NCBI GenBank assembly: GCA_964016885.1
Contig: OZ024750.1
Coordinates: 12,524,001 to 12,588,000 of the forward strand
DNA: 64,000 nt
Direction: 5' to 3'
DNA from: Eledone cirrhosa
Lineage: Eukaryota
Part shown: positions 14,532 to 27,745 of the stretch, piece by piece
Position numbering within the stretch: position 1 is the stretch's first letter
How the letters are laid out: every line of letters starts with the position of its first letter
Program-made: the position numbers and the translations under genes
Notes under the pieces: generated by a model
What the model was told of the DNA's origin: nothing
The model's database searches: none
Seen by the model: the letters and a program-made list of their open reading frames with translations, nothing else

Positions 14532-15095
14532 GTAAAAAGGCTCCCAGTCCACACTGTAAAGTGGTGTAGGAGACATGGTAAAAAGGCTCCCAGTCCACAC
14601 TGTAAAGGGGTTGTGTAGGAGACCTGGTAAAAAGGCTCCCAGTCCACACTGTAAAGGGGTCGTGTAGGAGACATGGTAAAAAGGCTCCCAGTCCACACTG
14701 TAAAGGGGTCGTGTAGGAGACATGGTAAAAAGGCTCCCAGTCCACACTGTAAAGGGGTCGTGTAGGAGACATGGTAAAAAGGATCCCAGTCCACACTAAA
14801 GCGGTTGTGTAGGTGACACAGTAAAAAGGCTCCCAGTCCACACTGTAAAGGGGTCGTGTAGGAGACATGGTAAAAAGGCTCCCAGTCAACACTGTAAAGG
14901 GGTTGTGTAGGAGACACGGTAAAAAGGCTCCCAGTCAACACTGTAAAGGGGTCGTGTAGGTGACATGGTAAAAAGGCTCCCAGTCAACACTGTAAAGGGG
15001 TCGTGTAGGTGACATGGTAAAAAGGCTCCCAGTCAACACTGTAAAGGGGTCATGTAGGTGATACGGTAAAAAGGCTCCTAGTCCACACTGTAAAT
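14532..15095 (+). repeat. 49-bp minisatellite, about 11.5 copies, amplified from a SINE-internal segment
   Basis: Unit gtaaaaaggctcccagtccacactgtaaaggggtcgtgtaggagacatg; runs directly into the SINE 3' module that ends at about 15260. Confidence 0.95.
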
Positions 15096-18000
15096 GTGGT
15101 TGGTGTTAGGAAGGATATCCAGTTGTAGGAAACTTGCCAGAAACAGTTCTCTACAAGCGAGACATGGTCTCCCGACCAATCTTGCCTCAAGTAGGACAAA
15201 CCCGTCCAACCCATGCTAGCATGGAAGATGGATGTTAAACAATGATGATGATGGTGATGATCTGTTACATTTTAGTCTTCCTTCATATTAACTACCTCCT
15301 CATTTATTAGCAGAATTGTTAGAGCATTGGACACCATGCTTTGCAGCAAAGTTACGGCCCTTTACATTCTGAGTTCAAATCCCGCTGAGGTCAGCTTTGC
15401 CTTTCCTCCTTACAGGGTCAATAAAATAAAGTACCAGTAATTCACTGGGATGGATTTAATTGACTTTCTTCTTCCCCCAAAATTGCTGACCTTGTGCCTA
15501 AAGTAGAAATTATTATATAGTGGATTGACAGTGTCAGTAGAGGGTCTGACGCCATTCTTTGCAGCAAAGAGTTACGGCCCTTTACGGTCTGGGTTCAAAT
15601 CCCACCGAGGTTAACTTTGCCGTTCATCCTTACGGTGTTAAAACAAAGCACCAGTAATACACTGGGATAATTGCTGGCCTTGTGCCAAAGGTAGAAACAA
15701 TTATATAATATTTGTTACACACATGATCCAGTTTCCATTGATGTCAAGATTTCGACCAATTTTGAATAATTCTATTCACTGTTACTTTTCACTAATATTC
15801 TTTATTTTAAATTGTTTACTTTCCATTCCATATTTCTCAATTATAAACTCATTGACTTTGTATCTATCATTGTTTTACAAAATTAAAATTAAATTCAGTA
15901 ATTTAATTTTCCTAAACTCAACTAAACTAAAACCTCCTGTGCATATATTTATATACTCACATGAATATAAAGTAGAGTTTTATAGTTTGAAAACTTCACA
16001 TTTAAAGTTAGAAGTATTTATTGTGTTTTTAATGTTTGTGTATTTTTATTTTATTTTTATTATTTTTTCATTGTGTTTTTATTATTTATTCATTGTTTTT
16101 ATTATTATTGATTTATTTTATTTTTTATTATTGATTTATTTTATTTTATTATTGTTATGGTTTATTTATTATATTTTTGTTATTTATTTATTTATTGTAA
16201 TATCCATTCGTTTTTTTTTTTTTTTTGATATTGAGATTTGTCTTCATTCACTGTGAACTGATAGCTTTAGGATATTGATTTCTTCCAGCTGACTTTTAAA
16301 ATGCTCTATAATTTAGCAGTGGTTTTACTTGAAACTTAATTTGATTGTCTTTTTTTACAGTATTATCAGTGGTGTTTTTTTTTTAGTTTTTGTTGGGTTT
16401 TTTTTTCTAATGAAATTTTTAAAGATGGAATTATTATTGTGCAAAAGTATAAAATGCTTGTACATTGAAGAGAATTTTTCTGCTTCAGCAAATCTGATAA
16501 TGTTTAAGAAACATTTTTTTTTTTTGGTAGTGGTGGGGGATGTTAATAATTAATATAATTACAATAATTCTCTGATAAATCTTTTTAACTCTTGTATTCA
16601 TAATAATCACAGTTATTCAAATAATCCTTTTATTAACAACAGTATCTCATAGTGGCAACATTTATCTTTGCTTTCAGTAGTTTTATAAGGAGTTTTTGAT
16701 TTGTATTCTATCTAAGAGTGGGAATTTAACATTCTCTGACTAAAATAAAATGGTATCTGTTTTCTATTTGGGTAAACCAAGACAAATTGAATAAAGTTCG
16801 TTGAGGCAGAAATTCTCTATTCCGTGTTCCATATCTATGATATGGTCTCAACCTCTAGCAGTATATATTGCTATTATGATTATCTACTTGTCTTAGAATT
16901 GGTAGATATTTACCTGGCAGGCATAAAAGTCAATTTATATAGAATGAAAATTATCGATTAGAATGTGTCACTTTTTTTCTGGTGTTTGGTTTGTTTAAGC
17001 AGTTAATCTTTATTTGTAATAACTAAAGAATGTGGCCGCTGTAAGTTCTAGTCTATTCTATGACCTAGATAACCCCTCTCTTCCTTGGTTGTTTTTCTTG
17101 TGTTTTTAGAATGACAAACATTGTATGAGTAAATTGGTGACTGAACTAGTCACTAAATGGTAAACAATATTTTAATATCCGGTTTTATTCCTCTATTTTC
17201 TGAGTTTAAATTTTGTTATATTCAAATTCTTCAACTTTCACTTTTATATCTCCTGAGTCCATGTAATAAGTACAAATCTTGTACAGTGTTGATTCAATCG
17301 ATTAGACTCTATGTATGTATGTGTGTGTGTATATATGTGTGTATATATGTGTGTGTGTGTATATGTGTGTGTATGTATATATATATATATATATTTGTGT
17401 GTGTGTGTATGTATCTATATACAGGTTGGCATTCAATTTAGGGTGTTTGTTGAGGGTTAGTAGACTGATTGGAGCAATAGTGGTCTTATATATATATATA
17501 TATATAGAGAGAGGTATTTGTGTGTGTACATACATAAATAATCATGTACCCAGTATCCTTTTAAATCATTACTTTCACTCTTGGTCTACTCTTTATCTCT
17601 TTATCTCATGACCTTCCACCACCCTATAGTCTTCTCTACATCTTTCTTATACCCCTTTAAACTATTTAGTCTAACCAGCTAACCCTCTCTCCATTTCTTC
17701 TACAATGACGGACTGTACTCAACATGTAATTTTCTGTTATTCATTACACACAGATTGCTGTGAACATATTTTTAAAACTGATTTTTGCTGACACATACTA
17801 TCACTAGATTCATCATCTAACTCAAGTATTGTTGTTTTATTTTTATATACAATATTTTGAAAGACAAATTTGGCACAAAACACAAAAACACTCCTTTTTC
17901 TCATATTTCAGTATACATTTTTTGTAATGTTGAACAGAACACAATCCTTTGACATTAATGGATCTCTGCTATATGACTAGAATGGCTAATAGTTTATCTC

Positions 18001-18814
18001 TTCAGCAGAATTCTATAATCAGGCTGTCCTTATCAAGGTTTATCTGTTCATGAATCACCTTTCTACAACACATGCTTAACAGACAAGATTTATTATCTGT
18101 AGCTAGTATAGTTTGGATCAGATGCTGGTAACACCATGAACTTATTTAGTTTTCTCTCAAATTATCATTCATTTAATTGCCATCTGTTTTAAATTACGTT
18201 CAATCCCAATTGCCAATAATAATCATACATGCATAGTGCCATAACTCTTGAGGGAATCATAGAGGCACTATATTGACACATGACATTTCCAGGGCATCTT
18301 TTAATTAAACTTGGATGAGCGCATCTCTTCTCCTGGTCTGAATATAGCATATTTCTTCCAGAGAAGAAAAGAGAGAGTGAGAAAGAGATATAGTGGAAGA
18401 ATCGACACCAGTACTTGACTGGGATTTTTTTTGATCGACCCCCCCAATAGATTATATTGACCTTGGTGGGATTTGAACTCAGAGAGCAGAGAGCCAAAAC
18501 GAATACCACAAAGCATTCTATCTGATATTCTCATGACTCTGCCAATTCACCACCTAATAATAGTTATATCCTCATATTTAATTAGAAACCATAATTCATT
18601 AATTATCTATAATCCTGTTAAGAAAAATTACTTTAATTTTTTTTATATTTGACATCTTTTTTTTTTTTGTTTTTTTTTTTTTGTTTTATTCCTTGAAATA
18701 GTAAATTCACATCATTGTTATTTATAAATATTTTTCTTTTTATTTTCATTGTACAGATAACAAGAGGAGGTTTTATTGCTTGCTAGATAAGTATACCTGA
18801 CATCTGTGGTGTGA

Positions 18815-18823
18815 ATGGTGTGA
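18815..18823 (+). promoter_or_regulatory. Minimal uORF (ATG GTG TGA) ending 2 nt before the ANKIB1 start codon
   Basis: Sequence gaATGGTGTGAagATGggg read directly; any function is inferred. Confidence 0.55.
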
Positions 18824-18825
18824 AG

Positions 18826-19013
18826 ATGGGGAGCTCTTCATCCAAATTCCGGAAATATTTACAGAATGGAGATGAGATTGCTGCTCTAAACGTATACAAT
18901 GGTAACAATGAGTTTCGTAAATCACTGGATCCTAACAGTTCCTATGGTGACTCATGTAACCATGAGACACCTGTCCATTATGCATCAAGGCATGGTATGA
19001 GAACATTACTACG
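18826..19013 (+). CDS. ANKIB1: ANKIB1 orthologue, coding exon 1 (exon starts at 18757 with 69 nt of 5'UTR): MGSSSSKFRKYLQNGDEIAALNVYNGNNEFRKSLDPNSSYGDSCNHETPVHYASRHGMRTLLR
   Basis: Polypyrimidine tract plus CAG acceptor ending at 18756. An in-frame TAG at 18784-18786 fixes ATG 18826 as the start. Donor gtaagt at 19014 (phase 2). The peptide matches the recalled vertebrate ANKIB1 N-terminus (MGNTTTKFRKALINGDE...LDPN.SYG...H.TP.HYA.RHGM). Confidence 0.95.
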
Positions 19014-19120
19014 GTAAGTTACGCTTCATTAATATAAAGAAGGCTGGTGAACTGGCAGTATATCGTTAGTGTCGGACACCCCGCTGAGGTTAGCTTTGCC
19101 TTTCATCTTTACAGGATTAA

Positions 19121-19480
19121 AAATAATAATGAAATTTTTGTGTGCAGTGCTCAGGTGCACTACAACTCATCAAAGGTGCATGAATAGTACATAGAATAAT
19201 GTACAAATGTCAGGAAAATGAGCAGTGTATGAGTCATGATATACATTTGTGCATCTGTATGAAGGGGGGATATCAGGTATAGTGTTGGCAAATTTCAGGC
19301 AACATGGAGGTTTTAAAGGGTGCAGTGTCTCAGCAGCTAACAACTGATGCAGGTAGTTTGTTTCATACTTCAGTAACTCTGAGCATGAAAAAATGTTTCC
19401 GAAAGTCATGGAAGATGTGCTGTTTTCTGCCTTTGTAGGCATGCCCACGTGCGTTAGACACATGGAATTCAAAAAGGTGT
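19121..19480 (-). mobile_element. CR1-like LINE 3' fragment nested in a Meta-like SINE (halves at about 19043-19120 and 19480-19585); second 3'UTR copy at 54812-54925(+)
   Basis: Minus-strand translation HDFRKHFFMLRVTEV*NKLPASVV...FK resembles the CR1 FF..RV...WN.LP..VV terminus; (ATT)n tail. Confidence 0.7.
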
Positions 19481-20306
19481 TCAGGGTTGATGAAATAAAG
19501 TACCATTAATGCACGGGGTTAATTTAATCGACTTTGCCCTCCACCAAAATTGTTGGCATTTTGCCTAAACCAGAAACCATTATTTTAAAGTATTCTATAG
19601 TTTATATATCCAACTTATTTGACAATTTTTCATAGTCAAACAACGTTCGTGTGTCTATCTTCCAAATTCAATAACATAAATATATAATAAACAGATATCT
19701 GTGTGTATATCATCATCATCATCATCATCAACGTTTAACGTCCGTGTTCCACGCTTGCATGGGTTTGGACGGGGGTAGTCCCACTTGAGGCAAGAGTGAT
19801 TGTCTTGCTCACATAGGACTATCTGGCAGGTTTTCTACAGTTGGATGCCCTTCCTAACACCAACCACATTTACAGTGTGGGTCTGGGAGGTTTTTACCGT
19901 GTTGCCTACACGGCCACATTACAGCGTGGACTGTGTGTTTTTTTGTCGTGACACCTACACGATCTCATTTGTTATATATATATATATATATATATACAGT
20001 ACAGGAATAACTGATACAATCTGAAAGAGTGTATATACACTATGGATAAATATGTCAAATTTACATATATTCCAGTAGATTGAAAAAATGATGAATTTAG
20101 TAAATGGCAGAAATATAGTATTAAAATAAGCAATGATTTGAGGAAAAGGAAAGCAAAAAATTGAGAAAAGGAATAGATATGTTCATATATGTTTATTCGT
20201 TTATTCCATTCATCAAATAGGATGAAGAAATAGTGAAAAGAAAATGACTTTATACAAATGCTCAGCAGATAACATTTACTTCTGTGTATATATGCGTGTA
20301 TGTATA

Positions 20307-20347
<41 letters not shown>

Positions 20348-21311
20348 CTTTGTGTCTGTGTGTATATATATATGTCTGTATAAATATGTTTGTGTGTATA
20401 TATATATATATATATATATGTTTGGTGTTAGGAAGGCATCCAGCCGTAGAAAACCTGCCAGACAGTCCTATACGAGCAAGACAACCAATCTTGCCTCAAG
20501 TGGGACAATTCCTGTCTAAACCCATGCTAGTGTGGAAGATGGATGTTAAACGATGATGATGATGTTTGTTTGTGTGTGTGTGTGTATATATATATGTGGG
20601 TATGTGTGTGCACATGCTCTCCAGTGTTCATTCATCTCTCTGTTTCTCTCTCTTTCTCTCTTTCCCTTGTTTACAACTCTGCTCAGTATCTATACTTCTA
20701 CTTCAGTCCATATGTTAATTCTCTCTCTCTCTCTCTCTCTCCTTCCATCTCTCTCTCTCTCTCTCCTTCCATCTCTCTCTCTCTCTCCCTCCATCTCTCT
20801 CTCTCTCAATATGATGTAAAGTGTGACATCTGAAATCAGACCAACTAGTCAACCAGAGATAAACAAATAAAATTTGTTTTCAAATCAAAGAAATTCAATG
20901 CTGACATCCTGAATATGTTGTTATTGTGCAAAAACAGTTTATTTGTGTGTCTCAGTTTACATAGCTGTCAACAAAAGGTGCAGGTCATCTTAAAATGTTA
21001 CATTTCATAGACGGCTCTGTGAAAATTTATCTCGCATCGGTTTCATATTATGAAATCAGAGCTCAGCCTCAGTTCTAAGGTCTCACTGAGTGTTTGGAAA
21101 TATATATGTATGTATGTGTGAGTATATATGTGTGTGTGTGTGCATATGTATATATATATGTGTGTGTGTGTATATGTATGTGTGTGTGTGTGTATATGCA
21201 CATCAGGAATGCATTCCTGTTTTCATATGAATGAAACAGTTCTAGTCTTATAGAAGCCATTTCTATATTAAATTTTGTTGTTTTCACTCTACTAATGTCA
21301 CTTGGGATCTA

Positions 21312-21649
21312 CAGTGTGGTCTGAAAGTCTTGTCACGCCCTACCAAAAAATAATGAGAAACAGTTTATGTTCCCATCGCAGTATCTTTCTCTTCGGAGAA
21401 GCTGGTTTGCCGAATCTTGCAGTGAAGTCATGTCGCACGTCCTCCATGCTCTTGCCAGAATGCACACAATCCTGTGTCCATACACTTGCAAGCAGCCTCT
21501 CTTCCAAACTATAGCAGCTCTGAAATAGAAAATGAAATTATTATTATATATTATAATTAATGATATTATATATTATCTTATTAAAACAAAAAAATAATGA
21601 AAGTTATAACAACATGTGACAAGAGGTAACATGACTTTCGGACCACCCT

Positions 21650-21650
<1 letters not shown>
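21312..21650 (-). mobile_element. Internally deleted Tc1/mariner-superfamily element retaining an N-terminal transposase HTH fragment
   Basis: TA|cagtgtggtctgaaagtc ... gactttcggaccaccctg|TA. Minus-strand peptide YSLEERLLASVW...VRHDFTARFGKPASPKRKILRWEHKLF resembles a DUF4817-type HTH. Confidence 0.8.
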
Positions 21651-21716
<66 letters not shown>

Positions 21717-21828
21717 TGTAGTCCTTCCCTCATTAACTATAGAATGATATACAAGGTAAAGTTATATCTTTATTTCAAATAAAATACTAGTTTAATATTG
21801 AAATAAATGTTATTTCTTTTACTTTTAG

Positions 21829-22036
21829 GATATTTCTTCATAATCATCACGGGAACCCCAATAAGACGAATTCTCGGAAAGAAACAGCTCTTCATTATGT
21901 GTGTCAAGAAAGAAACAGCCAATATTTTACTGTACGTCAGAGGCGGTGTGATTGTTTGAACCTCATCCTTCAATGGAGGGGGGCTATTCTTAAGGATGGA
22001 CAAATAGAAAAAGTGGATCTAGCAGCACAAGATGAA
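21829..22036 (+). CDS. ANKIB1: ANKIB1 coding exon 2 (ankyrin region): IFLHNHHGNPNKTNSRKETALHYVCQERNSQYFTVRQRRCDCLNLILQWRGAILKDGQIEKVDLAAQDE
   Basis: ttttag acceptor ending at 21828, donor gtaagc at 22037. 208 nt, phase 2 to 0, frame continuous with exon 1. GNPNK.N...ET.LH and RR.DCL..IL.W.GA.L motifs as in ANKIB1. Confidence 0.95.
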
Positions 22037-22079
22037 GTAAGCCTTTCATTTCATGTTATTTTTATTATATTTTATTTTG

Positions 22080-23175
22080 CTAGGGCAGTGGATTGCCACT
22101 AATCAGTAGAGTGTCAGACAACTTGCTTTGTGACTCAGTGTTATGGCCCTTTACGTTCTGAGTTTAAATCCCACCGATGTTAGCTTTGCTTTTAATCTTT
22201 ACACAGGCGATAAAGTACCAGTAATGCAGTGGGGTCGATAAAATGTTGTCCAATGTTCTGAGCATGGAAAAATGTTTCCAAAAGTCATGGGGGCTGCCAA
22301 TCCACTGCCCTTAAGGATACCCGATTAAGGCATAAGGCCATCAGTTCTTTGGGGAGTGGGGGGTCGGGCGAAAAGTTGATAAAATCAGCCCCAGTGTATT
22401 TCTGCTCCTTTATTTGATTGCCTCCATAATGATGAAAGGCAAAGCTAACTTCAGCTGGATTTGAACTCAGAACATAAAGAGATGTAACTATATACTGCAA
22501 AGCTTGTTTCTGAAGCTCTACCAATTCTATCGATCCAGAAACCACAAATTTTGTAATAACGGTTTCTGATTTAGGCACAAAGCCAGCAATTTTTGGGGAA
22601 GGGCCGGTAAGTTCGATTAAATCAACCCCAGTGTGTTACTGGTGTTTTATTTTATCGACTCCATAAGAATGAAAGACGAAGCTATTCTCAACAGGATTTG
22701 AACTCAGAATGTAAAGAGATGTAGATATATGCCACAAACCAAGTTGTCTGATACTCTACTGATTCTATCAATCCCCCGTTAATAAATTGTGTAATAATTG
22801 TTTCTACTTTTGGCACAAGGCCAGCAATTATCCCAGTGCATTACTGGTACTTTGTTTTATCAACCCCGTAAGGATGAAAGGCAAAGTCAACCTCGACGGG
22901 ATTTGAACTCAGACCATAAAGGGATGTAACTATGCTGGAAGCATGGTGTCCGACCCTCTACCGATACTGCCAATTCACTGCCAATTTTGTAATTGTTTCT
23001 ACTTTTGACACAAGGCCAGCAATAAATCAGTACATTACTGGTACTTCATTTTATCGACCCCGTAAGGATGAAAGGCAAATTAAGGGATTTAAACTCGGAT
23101 CATAAAGGGACGTAACTCTATGCTTCAAAGCATGGTGTCCGACTCTCTACTGATACTGCCAATCCACCGAATGAA
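22080..23175. mobile_element. Cluster of about five Meta-like SINE copies (one +, four -) just downstream of exon 2
   Basis: Repeated ggatgaaaggcaaag...ggatttgaactcag blocks on the - strand facing a + copy at about 22080-22245. Confidence 0.85.
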
Positions 23176-25666
23176 AGGCAAAAAAAATTTCAGTTATATT
23201 TTCTATTATAATACTTCAAATTACTTTCTTTAAGGAAAGTATTGATATCTCATCTTATGGCTTCTCTTTTGATTGATGGGATAAGATGTTTTAATTTTGT
23301 TTGTATGATTAAATATTGTTTTTAAGATATAAGAGATTGATAAGAAATGTAAAATACATTGGCGAAGAGATTATTCCAGAATGTTGTTACTTTCTGAGGG
23401 ATAGTTTGTCTTATTTGGTGTATGTGTGTATATACATATATATTTGTGTGTGTGTGTTATTAGAGAGATGATATGGTGGTGTTAACATACATGGAAAAAC
23501 CTGCAATAATATGTTTTCATTGCGATCGGTAGACCATCTAGCCTGCTCAGAAGAGATGACGAAATAGAGAGGAAAAAAAACGTTTTATATCTAATTTAGG
23601 ACTTAACCCTGAAGGTGTAGATTATCGACAAAGTAAAGAATTACAAATCAAGCAGTATCTTTGCTTTTCACTTTCTACTGTTGTTGTATTATTCCAGAAT
23701 GATATGAAATTTACTTTCAGAAAACTCATTGTTATTTGTATTATTTTTAATATATATATTTTAGTATTGAAAAGAAACCTATTTTCAGGCAGTTATATTA
23801 TCCAGAAGGCATAAAAAAAATAAAAAAATGTTTTTTTTTTCAAAATTTGCTGCATAGACATTTCTTTAGCTGAGAAGTTTTATTGTGAATATGGATTGTT
23901 TGTCATTTTTCTACAGACAGAACTTAGAATCAAAAGGGCTCAGCTTAAGCCTAGTAAAGACCAAAATTTTAGTATGTAGAAAAGAGAATAAAGCTCTGAT
24001 TTTCTCATTGAAATGTCTATGCTAAGTATGTACAAAAGGAGAGAAAAGTAGGAACTCAATATGATGTACTCTATATAAGGTATGGTTACACAAGACTTAG
24101 TGGTATTGTAGGCAGATTAACAGAAAATATAGACTTTATATCAGGCAGATGCACAGCGGCAGTGTGTAGTAAGAGCAGTAGTGAAATAAACCTTTTCAGG
24201 AAAGTACTATAGAAGTAGTTAATAGTTTCAGTTACTGAGGTAACTTAATTAGCTGTGGAGGGGATTGTTCTGGAGGCATAGTAACTTGAATAAGAATTGG
24301 CTATTGAGCATATTCTCTTGGATGTGCAATATCAGGGTGCATGAACGATGGAGCATCAATGACTCTTACTCCAATCTCTAATATTCCTCTTCTTAGTCTC
24401 AAATACTCCAAATCTGTTCTCCCATTCTCTCAATTCCTCCCAATTTGCCAGTTATGCTGATGAAAGATGTTCCAGCTGTGCTCCAGGCATGGAGCTTCTG
24501 GAACTATGTTATTCAATTTAATTTGTTCTTTATTTCTTGATAAACTGTATGTTGTGATTTAAAGAATGTTTTGGTTCTAGTTTCATTAGGTTGAATGACC
24601 TCATAGAGTCTCTCTCATTGGCTTGAATCTGTAATGTTTAAGTTAATTGGAATTTATATGTAAGTGATTTTACTTTGAGATCACCAAATCAAGCATCTAT
24701 GTTAAGTGTTTCCAAAAGAGTTTTAAGCAATTCAGATGTGTCAGAAGATAAGCCAGGATCTAAGTACATTCATGAAACATTTGTCCAAATGTTTAGATAA
24801 CTTGATTGAAAGAAAAAAAGAGAAGTGTGGGGAAAAACATTGTCAGATAAATGAAAAAAAACAGAAGGAATTTAACATAGGTATTGCTGATTGCTGACTC
24901 AGCATTAGCGACAACTATAAAAGCTTTGCACTGATTGTAATGAAAGAAAATTAAAGCTGCCTTGAGGAGAGAAGAGAAAGAGAGATAGTGTGTCTGTGTG
25001 TCTGATTGGCTTGTCTCAGTTAAATACTAAATAATACCTGCTGTTTTATGTAATGTACCAGCATGTGATCTTGCTGAAAACGAAGAATAATGTGGATTAT
25101 GATATCTGCTATATAATAAAACTGATAGAAATGCAAACTAAATTCTTTGTATTTTCATTTAGTATTGATTTATATGCAATGTTTTCATAAGTTACTTACA
25201 GCTAAGTTTTGTCAAGCAACATTAATTAAGTACAAACTGGAAACTTGAGAAGTACAACATATTTTTAGATATGGATGAGTGCTGGCTATATTATTATAGT
25301 TGGGGGGAGAGTGAGGAGGAGGACAGCCACAAACTTTATGGTCCTTCACGCTGCAAAAAAAAAAAAAAAAAAAATGTTGCACTCAATACAGTTGATTTTC
25401 AACTGAAATATCTCTAGCTTGAAGACTGGAGGAAAAAAATTACAAGGAAAAAGGAATTCCATAGAAATACAGTTCAGAGAAGAAAATTTAAAGTGCATTG
25501 TGGGTAGAGGACAATCAATGCAAGAAGTGGCTTGTGGAAGTGGGTCTACAGCTTTCTAGTTCTGAGGAGCTGTAGTTATTGTAGTAATAGAAGAAAAGAC
25601 AAACAATTTGTAATGTTTAATGGAGAGTTTAGTATGTTGCTACATCATATATTCAATCAATCATAC

Positions 25667-25729
<63 letters not shown>

Positions 25730-27469
25730 ATTGCAATTTAGTATATTTGCATGAGCAAAAGCAGGATTATTCAAGATTTGTAAACAGAACTTTTATGTAC
25801 ATTATACTTGAGCTTAGTACAGAGAGTCAACAACTAATTAGAACTTAAGTATTTTCTGGCTCTGCAGTGGAAGCCTAGATTTGTGGATGTGGTTTTGACA
25901 ATATTACATATGAGGTTGTCATAGGAAATAGTTAGAGATTGTAAGGTTTACTTACTTTTTGTTGTAACATTTAAAACTTTGTGTTTAGCTGGGTTTTTTG
26001 TATGCATAAAGGAAGGTGTACTACAAAATTATTTCTTTAATCTGTGCAGCAATTGTAAGCCTTGTTGATCTTATTATAGGATTATTTGAAGTTCTCTGCT
26101 AATGAATGAAATAATGTGAGGTTTTTAGGGGCTGCACGTGGATGTAAATGTATAAAGGAAACCAAGGAAGTATGGAGAATTGTATTATCTGATTAGGAAT
26201 TTGTGTTGTTATAATTAAGTGGAAAAAAAAGTCATTAATGTAGAGGAAAAAATGTGAAAGGCAACCGAAACCTAGATACAGTAGAATTGAGAATATTAGC
26301 TGCAATGGAATATTTTGACAGGAAACTCCCAATCCAAGAAGTGGGAGATGTATGGAATCTATAGATGTGCAACTGAGGTAAGAGGCTCTTGAGTCAGAAA
26401 TGACTGAAATCCTTGCTAATGTCAAGGGTAACACGTTAGGTTTGCCAAACTGTTCAAGGATAAGAGCCCACTGGTGCATAATGCTGGAAAACTAAATCTC
26501 TAGTAAATTTATTTCTAAGGAAACTGCACTAGTATCTCATTAAAGAGAGGAAGATATTCTTGGAAATAAAAGAAGAGGAAATTTAAAAATTCTTTGATTC
26601 ACATTTGAAATTATGAGAATAATAGTTGGCAAGTAGAAAATGTTGCTGTGCACAGTAATAGGGTAGGCTTTTGTGTTCCTTTCATGTTAGAGGAAAAGAA
26701 TGAAGTATTTGAAAGAGGTTGGTGCTAGTTTATGAGTGGACTGTTTGCATGTTTGATGATTATAGAAACAACACAATTAGGACCAGTTTTGTGTGTGTGT
26801 GTGTGTGCAACATAAAATTAAGAAGCAGAAGTGCTGCAGATGACACCATGTTGGTTGAGGAGCTTTAAATAATTCAAAAAGAAAAGAAAAGAAGAGAAGT
26901 AACTCAGGGGGCTATTGGCTTGAATTTAGATAATTAAGTTAGTGTCCTCTCTCGAGCATGTAAATTAACTAAAAAAAATTATTCTTAATTTTTTAAAAAT
27001 TATATTTCCTTCTTGACGTTCACTACCTTCACTAACAACTGCTGCTTTTAGTTTTCTGTCTTCAATTCAGGGGAAAATTAGCAAAATAATTAAGATTTTA
27101 AGTGTATGGCATTGAGTACAGCACATTTTAAATTAATCATTTAAATTGAAGTTATTTGCTCTCGTTTATTATTTCTCTCCATTCTTTAAAATTTTAGTTA
27201 TGTAAATTATCCTTGGTCAAAAATTTACATAACACCCTTTCCATTTGTAAAAATTGTAATTTCTGGTCTGCAGACCTGGTTGAGATGTTACTATGTTGAC
27301 CAAGTCAAACAGACTGAAAAGTATATACATAGTTGTCCTTTTCTGGCATCAAGGATCAGTGTCGTTTCCCAAGCATGTAAATTATCTTGAGGAATATATT
27401 GAGGAATATGTTCTCCCCTTTATTTTGAGAGTCACTAACAATTGCTTTTAGAGTTTTGGTTTTCATCTT

Positions 27470-27745
27470 TTACTCAAATGGGACAAGGTTTCTGGGGATG
27501 ACAAAATTCTGTCCAAGGTGTTAAAAGCCTTAAAAGAGGTACACTCTGGTTGATTCATGTGAGCCTCCTGGTGGCCTGGATCTCTAGAAAGGCACCAAAG
27601 CAATGGCAACCAGGAGTGGTAATCCCAATTTTTAAAAAGGAAGATGAGCGATTTCTCTAATTATAGAGGGATCTCCTTGTTAAATCTCTACAAAGAGTCT
27701 GGCAAAGAGATGTAGGGATACTGTTGAGTTCAAGCTAGCTGATGA
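27470..27745 (+). mobile_element. Decayed RTE-type reverse-transcriptase-proximal fragment
   Basis: Frameshifted GVVIPIFKK and NYRGISLL motifs at about 27610-27690. Confidence 0.7.

Noticed and set aside
14532-15095. CRISPR-like regular array
   Set aside because: Head-to-tail units with no unique spacers, SINE-derived, eukaryotic context, no cas genes.
15723-16256. 177-aa hydrophobic ORF resembling a membrane or mitochondrial protein
   Set aside because: T-rich low-complexity DNA with no recognisable motif or splice support.
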